Shown here: one piece after another, positions 23,087-32,700 of the stretch
How the letters are laid out: every line of letters starts with the position of its first letter
Position numbering within the stretch: position 1 is the stretch's first letter
Assembly (NCBI GenBank): GCA_965243135.1
Contig: OZ251539.1
Coordinates: 96,001-160,000 of the forward strand
Source of the DNA: Alphaproteobacteria bacterium
Lineage (GTDB): Bacteria; Pseudomonadota; Alphaproteobacteria; MPNO01; UBA830
Length of the DNA stretch: 64,000 bases
Direction: 5' to 3'
The notes under the pieces: model-generated
The model's input: only the letters and a program-made list of their open reading frames with translations
The model's database searches: none
Told to the model about the DNA's origin: nothing
Made by a program: the position numbers and the translations under genes

Positions 23087-25318
23087 TCAGTTCGCTTCCA
23101 CGAGCTGGCGGTACAGCCCGTCGGCATCCTGCATCAGTTCCTGATGGGAGCCCCGCTGCGCCTCGCGCCCTCCGTCGAGGACCACGATCAGGTCGCAGTC
23201 GCGGATGGTGCTCAGCCGATGGGCCACGATGAGGCAGGTGCATCCCCGGCGCCGCAGGGCGTCGTCGATCCGGACCTCGGTGATCGTGTCGAGAGAACAG
23301 GTCGCCTCGTCCAGGATCAGCACCGACGGATTGTTGACGAGCGCGCGCGCGATCTCCAGCCGCTGTCTCTGGCCGCCGCTGAAGTTGCGCCCTCCCTCGT
23401 CGACCGGGGCGTCGTACCCGAGCGGCCGGGAGACGATCTCCTCGTGGATGGTCGCGTCCCGCGCGGCCGCCACCAGTATCTGGTCCGGCACTTCCGGAAT
23501 CCACATGGTCAGGTTCTCGCGCACCGTGTCCGCGAACAGGAAGACGTGCTGGTCGACGAGGGAAACCGAACTGTGCAGCAGCTCGCGCGGAATCGCGCCG
23601 CGCGGATGTCCGTCGATCAGGATCTCCCCCGACCACGGCTGGTGGACGCCGGCCACCAGCGCCGAGAGCGTCGACTTGCCCGACCCGCTGGGGCCGACGA
23701 TCGCCACGCGCTGGCCGGGCTCGATGGTCAGGTTGAAATCCTCGAGCAGGGGCTCGCGGTTGTCCTGGTAGCCAAAGGTGACGTCGCGCAGCTCGATCCG
23801 GCCTTTCAACCGCAGCCGTCCGGCGAAGGTCGAGATCCGGTCTTCGGAGGCGCCGGGAGCGGGTTCGAAGTCGCGGTCCTCGGGCGCGTCGAACACGTCG
23901 TCGAGACGCTGGAGGTCGGCCTCCAGAATCTGGAACATGTCGGCGAACTGGATGAAGCGTCCGATCGGCTGCATGAAGTTCATCGACGCCATGTAGAACG
24001 CCGTCAGCATCCCGAGGGTCATGTCGCCGGACATCACCCGCCAGCCGCCGAGGCCGAGCACCGCCGCGTTGCCGATAATCAGGAGCAGCGTCGGCAGGGC
24101 CGCGTTCACGTAGCCGAGCTCGGCGAACCTTTGCCGGGCGAGCAGCTCCCGCGCCTGGTAGCCCGTCCAGCGCGAGAAGAACTCGTCCTCGGCCGCGGTC
24201 GCCTGCAAGGTGTCGATCTTGCCGAGGCCGAACATCCCGATCCCGTAGAGCATTCCCTGCTCGCGCCTGAGCCTGCGGTTTTCGTCCACGCGCGCCCGCG
24301 CCAGAACGCGCATGGCCGCGGCGCCGAGCGCGCCCAGCCCGACGACCAGGGCGCAGAGCAACGGGTCGTACGCCAGCATGAGTCCGAGAAACGCCACGCT
24401 GGTGACGAGCTCGATCAGAATGCCGACGAAGTGCGCCGTCGCGATGCTGGAGACCGTGTCGAGAAGCTGTATCCGGGAAGTCAGATCGCCGGCGAAGCGC
24501 TGCGAGAAGAACCGCATGGGCAGCCGGAGCAGCCGGGTCACGAAGCGCTCGGCGTGATCGACGGAGAGGCGCACGGAGAGCCGCCTGAGACAGCGTTCCC
24601 GGAGCCAGGTGAGGAGGTAGAGCAGGCCTGCGGCGACGAGGAGGATTCCGATCAGCGCCCCGCTCCAGGACGGTTCGCGCCCGGAAAGCGCGAAATCCAC
24701 GAACAGGCCCGCCAGGGCGGGCAGGGCCAGGGCAGGCAGGGCCAGGAGCAGCCCGCAACACATCGCGAACGCGAGCGGCTTCTTGACGTCGCGCAGCCAC
24801 GGCAGGATCCGGTGCGCGAGGCCGGGGCGGACGCCGCCCGGCCGGAAATCGGGACCCGGCCGGAAGGTCAGCGTCACTCCCGTGAACGCCCGGTCGAACT
24901 CCTCCTCGCCGACCGTCCGGTGGCCGTTGGCCGGGTCGTTGATCAGGAAGCGCCCCTTGCCGAACCCCTCGAGAACGACGAAGTGCTCGAACTCCCAGAA
25001 GAGGATCATCGGCGGGGCCATGCTCCGGAGCTCTCTCGGCTGCTTGCGCCAACCTTCCGTCTCGAGACCGTACCGGTGCGCCGCGCGGACGATGTCGGCC
25101 GCGTTGCATCCGTCCCGGCCGACCGAGCACGTCTCCCGCAATTCCTCGATCGAAACCCAGCGTCCGAAATGCGCGAGCACGATCCCGAGACACGCGGCCC
25201 CGCACTCGGTCTGGGTGAGCTGCAGCAGCACGGGGGTGCGCGTCCGGCGCCGCGATGGGGCCTCGCGGGACGCACGCACCCGTTTCAGCGCCTCGTCCAG
25301 TCCGGATCGATGGGTCAT
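23087..25318 (-). CDS. NHLP bacteriocin export ABC transporter, C39 peptidase/permease/ATPase
   Basis: TPVLLQLTQTECGAACL, FWEFEHFVV, INDPANG, GPSGSGKST, FSGGQRQRLEIARAL. Confidence 0.95.
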   Translation of the reverse strand: MTHRSGLDEALKRVRASREAPSRRRTRTPVLLQLTQTECGAACLGIVLAHFGRWVSIEELRETCSVGRDGCNAADIVRAAHRYGLETEGWRKQPRELRSMAPPMILFWEFEHFVVLEGFGKGRFLINDPANGHRTVGEEEFDRAFTGVTLTFRPGPDFRPGGVRPGLAHRILPWLRDVKKPLAFAMCCGLLLALPALALPALAGLFVDFALSGREPSWSGALIGILLVAAGLLYLLTWLRERCLRRLSVRLSVDHAERFVTRLLRLPMRFFSQRFAGDLTSRIQLLDTVSSIATAHFVGILIELVTSVAFLGLMLAYDPLLCALVVGLGALGAAAMRVLARARVDENRRLRREQGMLYGIGMFGLGKIDTLQATAAEDEFFSRWTGYQARELLARQRFAELGYVNAALPTLLLIIGNAAVLGLGGWRVMSGDMTLGMLTAFYMASMNFMQPIGRFIQFADMFQILEADLQRLDDVFDAPEDRDFEPAPGASEDRISTFAGRLRLKGRIELRDVTFGYQDNREPLLEDFNLTIEPGQRVAIVGPSGSGKSTLSALVAGVHQPWSGEILIDGHPRGAIPRELLHSSVSLVDQHVFLFADTVRENLTMWIPEVPDQILVAAARDATIHEEIVSRPLGYDAPVDEGGRNFSGGQRQRLEIARALVNNPSVLILDEATCSLDTITEVRIDDALRRRGCTCLIVAHRLSTIRDCDLIVVLDGGREAQRGSHQELMQDADGLYRQLVEAN

Positions 25319-25334
25319 GGCCTCGCCGCGGCGG

Positions 25335-26243
25335 TCATCGGATGTCTCCGCTCGCCAGCAGCAGGGCCGCGGGGGACTGCTCCCCCAACACGACCCGCGC
25401 GCGCGCGCCGGCGCCGTCGGCGAGCGACGGACGCGGTGGTCCGTTCAGGACCAGCCGCAGCAGGTGCGCGGGGACGGGCGTCGAAAGACCGAGGTCGGCG
25501 AGCCATTCGGGAGCGGCGACGGGCCGGGGGGACACCTCCAGCACGCGGGCTTCCAGCGCGCTCGGGCCCGACCGTTCGGGCAGCGCCACGAGCACCTCCG
25601 CGTCCATGCCCGCCGTGAGCTTCCCGGCGTCTTCCGGCGATACGAAAGCCAGCGCCTGCCAGGCGTCCTCGGACGCGCCCCGGATCCGGGCGACCGTCTC
25701 CCCGACGCCGACGGGCCGTCCCGGAGCCAGACGGTGCGCCACGAGCTTTCCTCCGTGCGGGGCGACGATCGATTCCCTGGCGTGGATCTCGATCTCTCCA
25801 AGCTCCATGCGCGCCGCCGCGAGCAGCGCTTCCTGGACTGCGGCGGCGGCGTCCTCGGCGTGGCGCATCCGGTCCTCGACCGCGCCCACGATCCTCCGCG
25901 CGATTCGGGCCTGGCGCTCCGCTTCCGGCGGACGCACCCGCGCGATCGTCTGTCCCGTCTCCAGGACGTCCCCGATCTCGGCCATGATCTCGATGACGTT
26001 GCCGGACGTGGGGGAGACCACGGCGTGGCGCTCGCCCGGCGCGACCAGCACGGCCTCGACCGAGAGGCCGCGCTCCACGCTCCCGAACGCCCCCCAGGAG
26101 AGGAATGCGAGAAACGACAGGCCGAGGCCGGCCAGCACCATCCATTCGTGAGGCGCCGTGACCTGGAGGCGGTCGTCGAGGGGTTCCGCGCGCGACCGGC
26201 GCGCCACGGCCTCCTGCCTGAACACCTTGTTATGGAACAACAA
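25335..26243 (-). CDS. NHLP secretion membrane-fusion (HlyD-like) protein
   Basis: FRQEAVARRSRAEPLDDRLQVTAPHEW N-terminus, single TM, lipoyl-like halves. Confidence 0.88.
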   Translation of the reverse strand: MLFHNKVFRQEAVARRSRAEPLDDRLQVTAPHEWMVLAGLGLSFLAFLSWGAFGSVERGLSVEAVLVAPGERHAVVSPTSGNVIEIMAEIGDVLETGQTIARVRPPEAERQARIARRIVGAVEDRMRHAEDAAAAVQEALLAAARMELGEIEIHARESIVAPHGGKLVAHRLAPGRPVGVGETVARIRGASEDAWQALAFVSPEDAGKLTAGMDAEVLVALPERSGPSALEARVLEVSPRPVAAPEWLADLGLSTPVPAHLLRLVLNGPPRPSLADGAGARARVVLGEQSPAALLLASGDIR

Positions 26244-26340
26244 AGCGCGACGCCTCCCGATTTCCCGTCAATGCCTCTGGCGGCGGTTTGAAGTATCCCG
26301 AACCGGGACGCCGCCGGAATTTTCGTCGCTGGATCGGTCC

Positions 26341-26573
26341 CGCGGACAGGCGGGACAGTATATACCCGTTCACGGCCGTTTAGCGTATTTCTCGTACCGG
26401 CAGGGATCGAGGGTTTCGCGGACAGGCGGGACAGTATATACCCGTTCACGGCCGTTTAGCGTATTTCTCGTACCGGCAGGGATCGAGGGTTTCGCGGACA
26501 GGCGGGACAGTATATACCCGTTCACGGCCGTTTAGCGTATTTCTCGTACCGGCAGGGATCGAGGGTTTCGCGG
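26341..26573. repeat. Perfect tandem repeat, 3 x 76 bp
   Basis: Unit CGCGGACAGGCGGGACAGTATATACCCGTT...GAGGGTTT starting at 26341, 26417 and 26493. Confidence 0.95.
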
Positions 26574-26587
26574 CGTCGCGTCCGGTC

Positions 26588-26690
26588 GGCCCCCCTCCCG
26601 ACCTCCCCCCTGTTCAGGGGGGAGGAGTGATAACGGCTCCCTCTCCCTTGCAGGGGGAGGGTCGGGGGTCGCGCCAGGGGGGAGGAGCGC
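26588..26690. repeat. REP-like palindromic repeat cluster, copy 2
   Basis: Same motifs as 20002-20142, in direct orientation. Confidence 0.75.
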
Positions 26691-26721
26691 GAACGGGCCC
26701 TGCGGCGTCCCCGTTCTCTGG

Positions 26722-27807
26722 ATGACTTTCATGGACAAGCGGGTAGTATCGTGTTTCCGATGTCCCGAGCGCGAAGCGGAGATCCCCGTCGTCATGCGCG
26801 AAGCATCCGGACCATTCGTCGGCGAACCCTCGCCGGATGGCGGCTGCGCCGTCCCGGTCCCGTTGCGGCTCCGGGAGGCGGCGCGCGACGCCGTGGACCG
26901 GGGCCTCGCCTTTCTCGAGGCCGCCATCCGTCCCGACGGGGCCTGGACTTCGCGGTGTTACGACAACCTGGAGCTCGACGGACCCGCGAGGGAAGAGCAG
27001 GCTCCCTTCGTCGCCGCCCTCGGCGCGCTCACCCTGGCGGTTTGCGACGACCCCAGGTCCGCGGCCATCCGCGACCGGTCGGGGGAGTTCATCGTCCAGT
27101 CCATGAGCTATCCGGGCGTGTGGCGTTACTGGCCGCATCTCCCGAACGATCTCGACAGTCTCAGCGTCTGCTCCATGGCGATTCCGCGACACCCGTGGGT
27201 GTTGTTCGCCAAGAACGTCGGATGTCCGCCGGCGGCGCGGGACGACCGGGGCAGGTTCAGGACCTGGCTGACCCCGCCCACCGACGCCAACGCCATGGAC
27301 GTGGACAGCGTGGTGAACGCCAACGTCGTCGGTTACCTCGCCTTTCAGGGTCGCGACGCGTCGGGTGCGCGGGCGGCGGAGTGGCTCGCCGGTCTGGTCC
27401 GGGAAGGGAGCGGCGAGGGGAGCTCCCATTACTATCCCGACGTCCTGGACCTCTACGACGCCGTTGCCCGCGCCCGCGATCGGGGCGCGCCCGCGTTCCG
27501 GGACCTCGGGGTCCCGCTCGCGGACCGGATCCGGGCCCGGCGCGGGGCGGACGGCGGCTACGGCGATACGCTGCGCACCGCGCGCGCCCTCTCCGCCCTG
27601 CACCTCCTCGGGGCCGCGCCGGAGGGCGAGGACCTGTGGGCCACGCTCGAGCGGATCCTGCGCCGGCAACGGCCCGACGGAAGCTGGCCGGAGCATCTCT
27701 TCTGGCGGGGGCCGACGCCGCCGAGCCCGCCGACCGTGGGTTTCGCCTGCGAAATGCTCGACACCGCCTCGTGCATCGAGGCCCTCGTCCGGTCGGAACG
27801 GCCATGA
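26722..27807 (+). CDS. Prenyltransferase/squalene-cyclase repeat protein (class II terpene-cyclase-like)
   Basis: QW-like repeats RPDGAW, ADGGYG, RQRPDGSWP; LPNDLDSLS (DxDD-like); DVDSVVNANV; true start may be downstream. Confidence 0.75.
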   Translation: MTFMDKRVVSCFRCPEREAEIPVVMREASGPFVGEPSPDGGCAVPVPLRLREAARDAVDRGLAFLEAAIRPDGAWTSRCYDNLELDGPAREEQAPFVAALGALTLAVCDDPRSAAIRDRSGEFIVQSMSYPGVWRYWPHLPNDLDSLSVCSMAIPRHPWVLFAKNVGCPPAARDDRGRFRTWLTPPTDANAMDVDSVVNANVVGYLAFQGRDASGARAAEWLAGLVREGSGEGSSHYYPDVLDLYDAVARARDRGAPAFRDLGVPLADRIRARRGADGGYGDTLRTARALSALHLLGAAPEGEDLWATLERILRRQRPDGSWPEHLFWRGPTPPSPPTVGFACEMLDTASCIEALVRSERP

Positions 27808-28715
27808 CCCGCGTGTTCTACCGCGACATGCGGGAGAAGCCTCCGGTCGCCGCGCGGGGCGAGGGCATCCACATCGTCGACGACGCGGGGAACCGCTATA
27901 TCGACGCCTCGGGCGGCGCCGCCGTGTCGACCCTGGGACATTCGGACCCCGACGTCCGCCGGGCGATCCTCGATCAGGTCGGGTCGCTCGCCTACGCGCA
28001 CACGGCCTTCTTCACGACGCGCGCGCAGGAAGACCTCGCCGATCTGCTGGTCGAGGCCTCGCCGTCCGGCCTCGATCGCGTCTACTTCGTCAGCGGCGGT
28101 TCGGAGGCCATGGACACGGCGCTCAAGCTCGCCCGCCAAGTACTTCGTCGACACCGGCGAACCGCAGCGCAGCCGCTTCATCGCCCGGCGGCAGAGCTAT
28201 CACGGGAACACGCTCGGCGCCCTCGCCGTCGGCGGCAACGCCGCGTGCCGGGCGCCCTTCGAGCCGCTCCTCGTCGACGTGGCCCGTATCTCGCCCTGCT
28301 ACGCCTATCGCGGCCGGAATCCGGGCGAATCGGAGGTGGCCTACGGCCTCCGGGTCGCGGACGAGCTCGAGTCGGCGATCCTGGCGCTCGGGCCGGAGAC
28401 CGTGATCGGGTTCGTCGCCGAGACCGTCGCCGGGTCGACCATCGGCGCCGTTCCCGCCGCGCCCGGGTATTTCGCCCGGATCCGCGAGATATGCGACTGC
28501 CACGGCGTCCTGCTCATCCTCGACGAGGTGATGTCGGGCATGGGCCGGACCGGAACCCTTTTCGCCTGCGAACAGGAGGGGGCGCGCCGGACCTCGTCGT
28601 CGTCGCCAAGGGGCCGGATACCAGCCCATCGGGGCCGTGCTCGCGTCGGAAGCCGTCTACCGCGATACTTCCGGCATGGCCACACGTACATGGGCCACGC
28701 CGCGGCGTGCGCGGC
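27804..28715 (+). pseudogene. Class III (PLP) aminotransferase, frameshifted and truncated
   Basis: YIDASGGAAVSTLGH, SGGSEAMD, SYHGNTLGAL, LILDEVMSGMGRTG, HGHTYMGH in shifting frames. Confidence 0.85.
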
Positions 28716-28719
28716 CGCC

Positions 28720-28830
28720 GCGGTCCTGGCCGGGGGCGCCTTCGTGGCGGCCGAGGCGCCGGTGGCGGAGGCGCAACAGAAGTTCATCACGATCGGCACG
28801 GGCGGGGCGATCTGCCGTCTCGTCAACATC
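28720..28830 (+). pseudogene. Fragment of a TAXI-TRAP solute receptor N-terminus
   Basis: AQQKFITIGTGGAICRLVN equals the TAXI N-terminal motif with an internal deletion. Confidence 0.65.
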
Positions 28831-28884
28831 GGAGCCGGACGGGCCGGCGGGGAGCGAGGCCCGGTCCCTCATGCCTTCTTTGGC

Positions 28885-28975
28885 GGTTGACGTTCCTTGG
28901 GGCGACGGCTTTCGGACGGTCCGGACCTCGACGGCCGAGCGGGCGTTGTTCGAGATATTGAAGGACGTGCCGGCT
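28885..28975 (+). pseudogene. Possible AbiEi (type IV antitoxin) fragment
   Basis: PWGDGFRTVRTSTAERALFEILKDVP resembles the S.PERA..E.L..VP motif. Confidence 0.4.
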
Positions 28976-29072
28976 CGGCCGGGGCAAGCGCGTACTCGCC
29001 AAGGGCGGCCGGTTGGTGAGCCGGTACGGGATCACCGTCCCGTGCGCAGGACCACAACGCCGCCGCGGCCAG

Positions 29073-29312
29073 CTACGCCGGCCGCTCGGCGGCCGGCCTC
29101 GTTCCCGCTGCGGTTCTCGCCGCCGTCACTCCGTGCCGCCATTCGTCGTCCTTCTCTCCCGGCGGGTCGGCGGGCTTTCCCTTCTTCCCCGGCGGTGCGC
29201 CGTCTCCGGACCTCTCCGAGTCCGGCAACCAGTCGCCCGGGCGGAGGGGTTCGGGATGGGAGCAACCGGCGAGCAGGGCGAGGCCCGCCCCGGCGGCGAG
29301 CGCGAGCCTCAT
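29073..29312 (-). CDS. Small putative lipoprotein
   Basis: MRLALAAGAGLALLAGC lipobox; GGGGAAGAGGAG upstream. Confidence 0.5.
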   Translation of the reverse strand: MRLALAAGAGLALLAGCSHPEPLRPGDWLPDSERSGDGAPPGKKGKPADPPGEKDDEWRHGVTAARTAAGTRPAAERPA

Positions 29313-29715
29313 CCGGCGACGAGGGCGCCGCAGGGTCCGTTCATTCTCCTCTTCCCCGACGCGATCCCCACCCTCCCCCTGCAAGGGGAGGGAGAAGAAG
29401 GGACGCGCGGCCGTCGTTCATTCGACCGGCGGCGCCGCGGCCGACTTCGTCAGGCGCGCAAGACCGACGAATTCGGCCCGGCGCACTACGCGTAGGGAGT
29501 GACCTGCTCGGAATCGAGTTTCGCCGGCGCAGTATCAACCATGGCAGGCGCCCGCGCTATCCGGTTGGGGCAACTGGGGACCGCCGCCCGGCGAGCGCAA
29601 CCGCGAGCCATGGCGCATCGTAGACACCGACCCGACCGTAAGGGAGCCACGCGGCACCACGGAACCGAGAGCGCGGGCGATCGGGGCGATGTCGGGACGG
29701 CCTGGGGTCCGAGCC

Positions 29716-32700
29716 TTACCAGCGCAGGCGCAGATCGAAGCGGACGCCGTGTTCGGGACGGATTGCGCCCTCCTTGCGTTCGGCTTCGAGACCCACGGCG
29801 AACCGCGGTCCCAACTCGAAGCGCATTCCCAGGCGGTAGCGCCGGTCGCCGTCCTCTTCGTAGCCGAACCCGGCGTAGGGCGTCGCCACCCCGGCCCCGT
29901 CCCGGAACCCGTACCCCAACTCCGCCTCCAGGCGCGCCGCGCCAGCGCCGCCGTCCGGGGACCCGCGCCCGGCGACGCCTTCGTTCCACAGGCGCGACAG
30001 GCCGCTCTCCGATGCCCCCCACTGCGGCGACAACTCGAACGACAGGCCGCGACCGTCCGGATCCGGCGACAGGCGCACCGAACCCGACGCGCCCCATTCC
30101 TCCATGGCGCCCGCGTGCGCCGCCAGCGTCCGGCCCCGCGCTTCCACCGCCAGACCCCGCGACGGCAGCGTCCATTCGAGGCCGCCGCCCAACTCCACGC
30201 CCGCGCCCGTCTCCCCGTCGCCCCCGTCCCAGCGCCCGCCCGCCTCCAGCGACGGCGTGAGCGTCCCGCCGCCCGGCAGCGCATACGCCCGGCTCCCCTC
30301 CGCCGCGAGCCGCAGGCGCCGCGTGTCCACCGCCACCGCCGCGAGCGCCGATCCGTTGTCGTCCACCGTGTACCGCGTCGCCTCCCCCGATCCCTTCAGC
30401 GCCAGCGTCAGGCCGCCCGCGGACCACACAGGAACCGAACCGCCAACCGCCGCGCCCATGAACGCGCTGTCGCCCCTCTGGACCCCGAACCGGTCCAGAA
30501 CCTCCGCGTCCGTGATCTCGATCTCGCCCTCGCCGTAGCCCAGCGTCCCCCACAGGCGCGCGCCGTCAGGGCCCGTCCACCCCAGATAGGGATGCACCGA
30601 CGTCATGCGGCTCTCGTGAACCCCCGACACCGCCGCCTCCCCGCTCCGGTCCGTGTACTCGATGGCGCTCTCGAACCACGACGCCCCCACGCCGCCCCGC
30701 AGGCGCGCGCCCAGCGGCGTGTCGATGCCCACGTGGGCCGAGAACAGCTCGCCCGACCAGTCCAGCGCCGCCTTGTCCAGCGACAGCGACCGGCGGTCTC
30801 CCGAACCCCACATCACCGCGCCCCCGGAACCGCCGCCGCCGGCACCGCCCGCGCCCACCGCGAACGTCCGGCCTGTCACCAGATCGCGCCACGACACCCC
30901 CTCCCCGTTGTCCTGCGATCCTTCCTGCGCTTTCAGGGCCGCCGCCGCCGCCGCCATGCCGGCGCCCGGTTCCGGCGACTCCAGGCGGCCCGCCACCGCG
31001 TCCACCACGCTTCCCCACGCCGCCCGCGACAGTTCCGGCAGGATCGACTCGTTGACCGCCGCGAGACGCGCGCGCGCCTCCTCCAGGTTCGACACCACCT
31101 CGATCGTGAACTCCACCTCGTCCGCGTCACCGTCGACGTCGGTCGCCGTCCACGCGTAGTCCCTCTTCGCGAACACCTCCGTCGGCGTCCCGCACAGCGC
31201 GAGCGCCTTCCTGCACGCCCCCGTCCCGTCCTCGTCGAACGCCAGCCCCGGCGGCAGGACCAGCGGCTCCGGCAACAACCGATGGCGCGTCCCGTCGCCG
31301 TCCGTCGCCTTCCGCAGCGTCACGGGGTCGATCTCCTCGTCCACCGTGAACACCAGCGCCGTCAGGGTGAAGTCGTCGGGGAACGCCGGCCTCGTGTCCG
31401 CGTACCCCACCGCGAACGGCGAGAACGCCGCCACGCCGTCGGCGCAGACCTGGATCGCCAGGCCATCCGGCCCCTCCACCTCGTCCGAACCCGGAACCGG
31501 CTCCCCGCGACGCAACAGCACCAGGTCCCGATCCCCCGCCGCCTCCCGTAGGCCGACCGTCACCGGCAGGCACAGCCGCACGCCGCCCGGCGGCGCGGGG
31601 GCGACGGTGACGTCCACCGCCACTCGCGAGGCCGCGTCCCGCCCGAGGGAGAACCCCGGACCCGCCGCCTCCGCCACCCGATCGGCGGGCAGCGGCGCGA
31701 CCGCCATCGACACCGCGCGGTCGAGGTCCTCCGGCAACGTGATCTCCACGTTCTCGGCGCCCTTCTCCACCGTCACCGTCACCAACCGGCCGTTCACGTT
31801 GTAGATCGTCGTCCCCGCCTCGTCGTCCGCTACGATCCTGGCGTCGCCGGCCTCGGCCACCGCCACGGACAAGGCGCGCGACACCCCGTCGTAGCCGCCG
31901 CCCGACGCCGCGTGCGTCAGCGTCGCCGCGTCGGCGAGGTCGTCGTCGTCCGCCATCGCCGTCACCGTCACTGTCCGGGGCGTCTTCCAGTTCGCCGCCG
32001 TGAACGTCAGGAGAGCGGGCGAGACCGTCAGGTCGGCGTCGTCCGGGGCGATCTCGACCGTCACGTCCCCGGCGGGTTCGCTGGTCGGCGCCACCGTGTA
32101 TTCGGCGCTCGCGCCCACCGCCGCCGCCACCGTCGCCGCCGGGTCGAACGCGAATCCCCTCTCGTCGTCGTCCGTGATCGTCAGTTCCGCCCCGGTGACG
32201 GCCACGGTCGTGGAATCGGCGGCGGCCCGGTCGTTCTCGGCCCTCCCCGAGACCGTCACCGTCTTGTCCGCCGCGTCCACGTCGTCGTCCACCGCCGTGA
32301 TCGTCACCTCGCCGGCGCTCGCGATCTCGCCGGCTCCGATGGTCAGCATCGCGTTCGCGCTCAGCGCGTAGTCGCCCGCCGCCGAAGACTCCACCGTGAT
32401 CGTCGTCGCCGTGCCCGACGGGTGCGAGAGCCGCGCCGTCACCGTCGTCCGCCGCTCCTCCGCCGGCGCCTCCGGGTTCTCATCGACGACCGTCCTCGAC
32501 AGCGCCAGCGTCACGGTGGGCGTCGCGTCGTCGTCCGCGTTCGTCACCGACACGTCGTCGACGTCGCCGGCCTCCAGCCCGTCATAGGCGGCGGCAGTCG
32601 CGCTCGACGGGTCTCCCGTCTCGATGACGTAGGACGCGTCGCCGTCGTCCGCGTCGTCGTCTACGCCGGTCACCGTCACCGTCTGCGCCGTGTTCCAGTT

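Noticed and set aside
20151-25205. 1684-aa fused transporter
   Set aside because: The N-terminal ~700 aa is an off-frame overlap of the peptidase-ABC gene; the plausible start is GTG 23063 with an RBS
26341-26573. Possible CRISPR array
   Set aside because: Units are fully identical with no unique spacers, and there are no cas genes in the window
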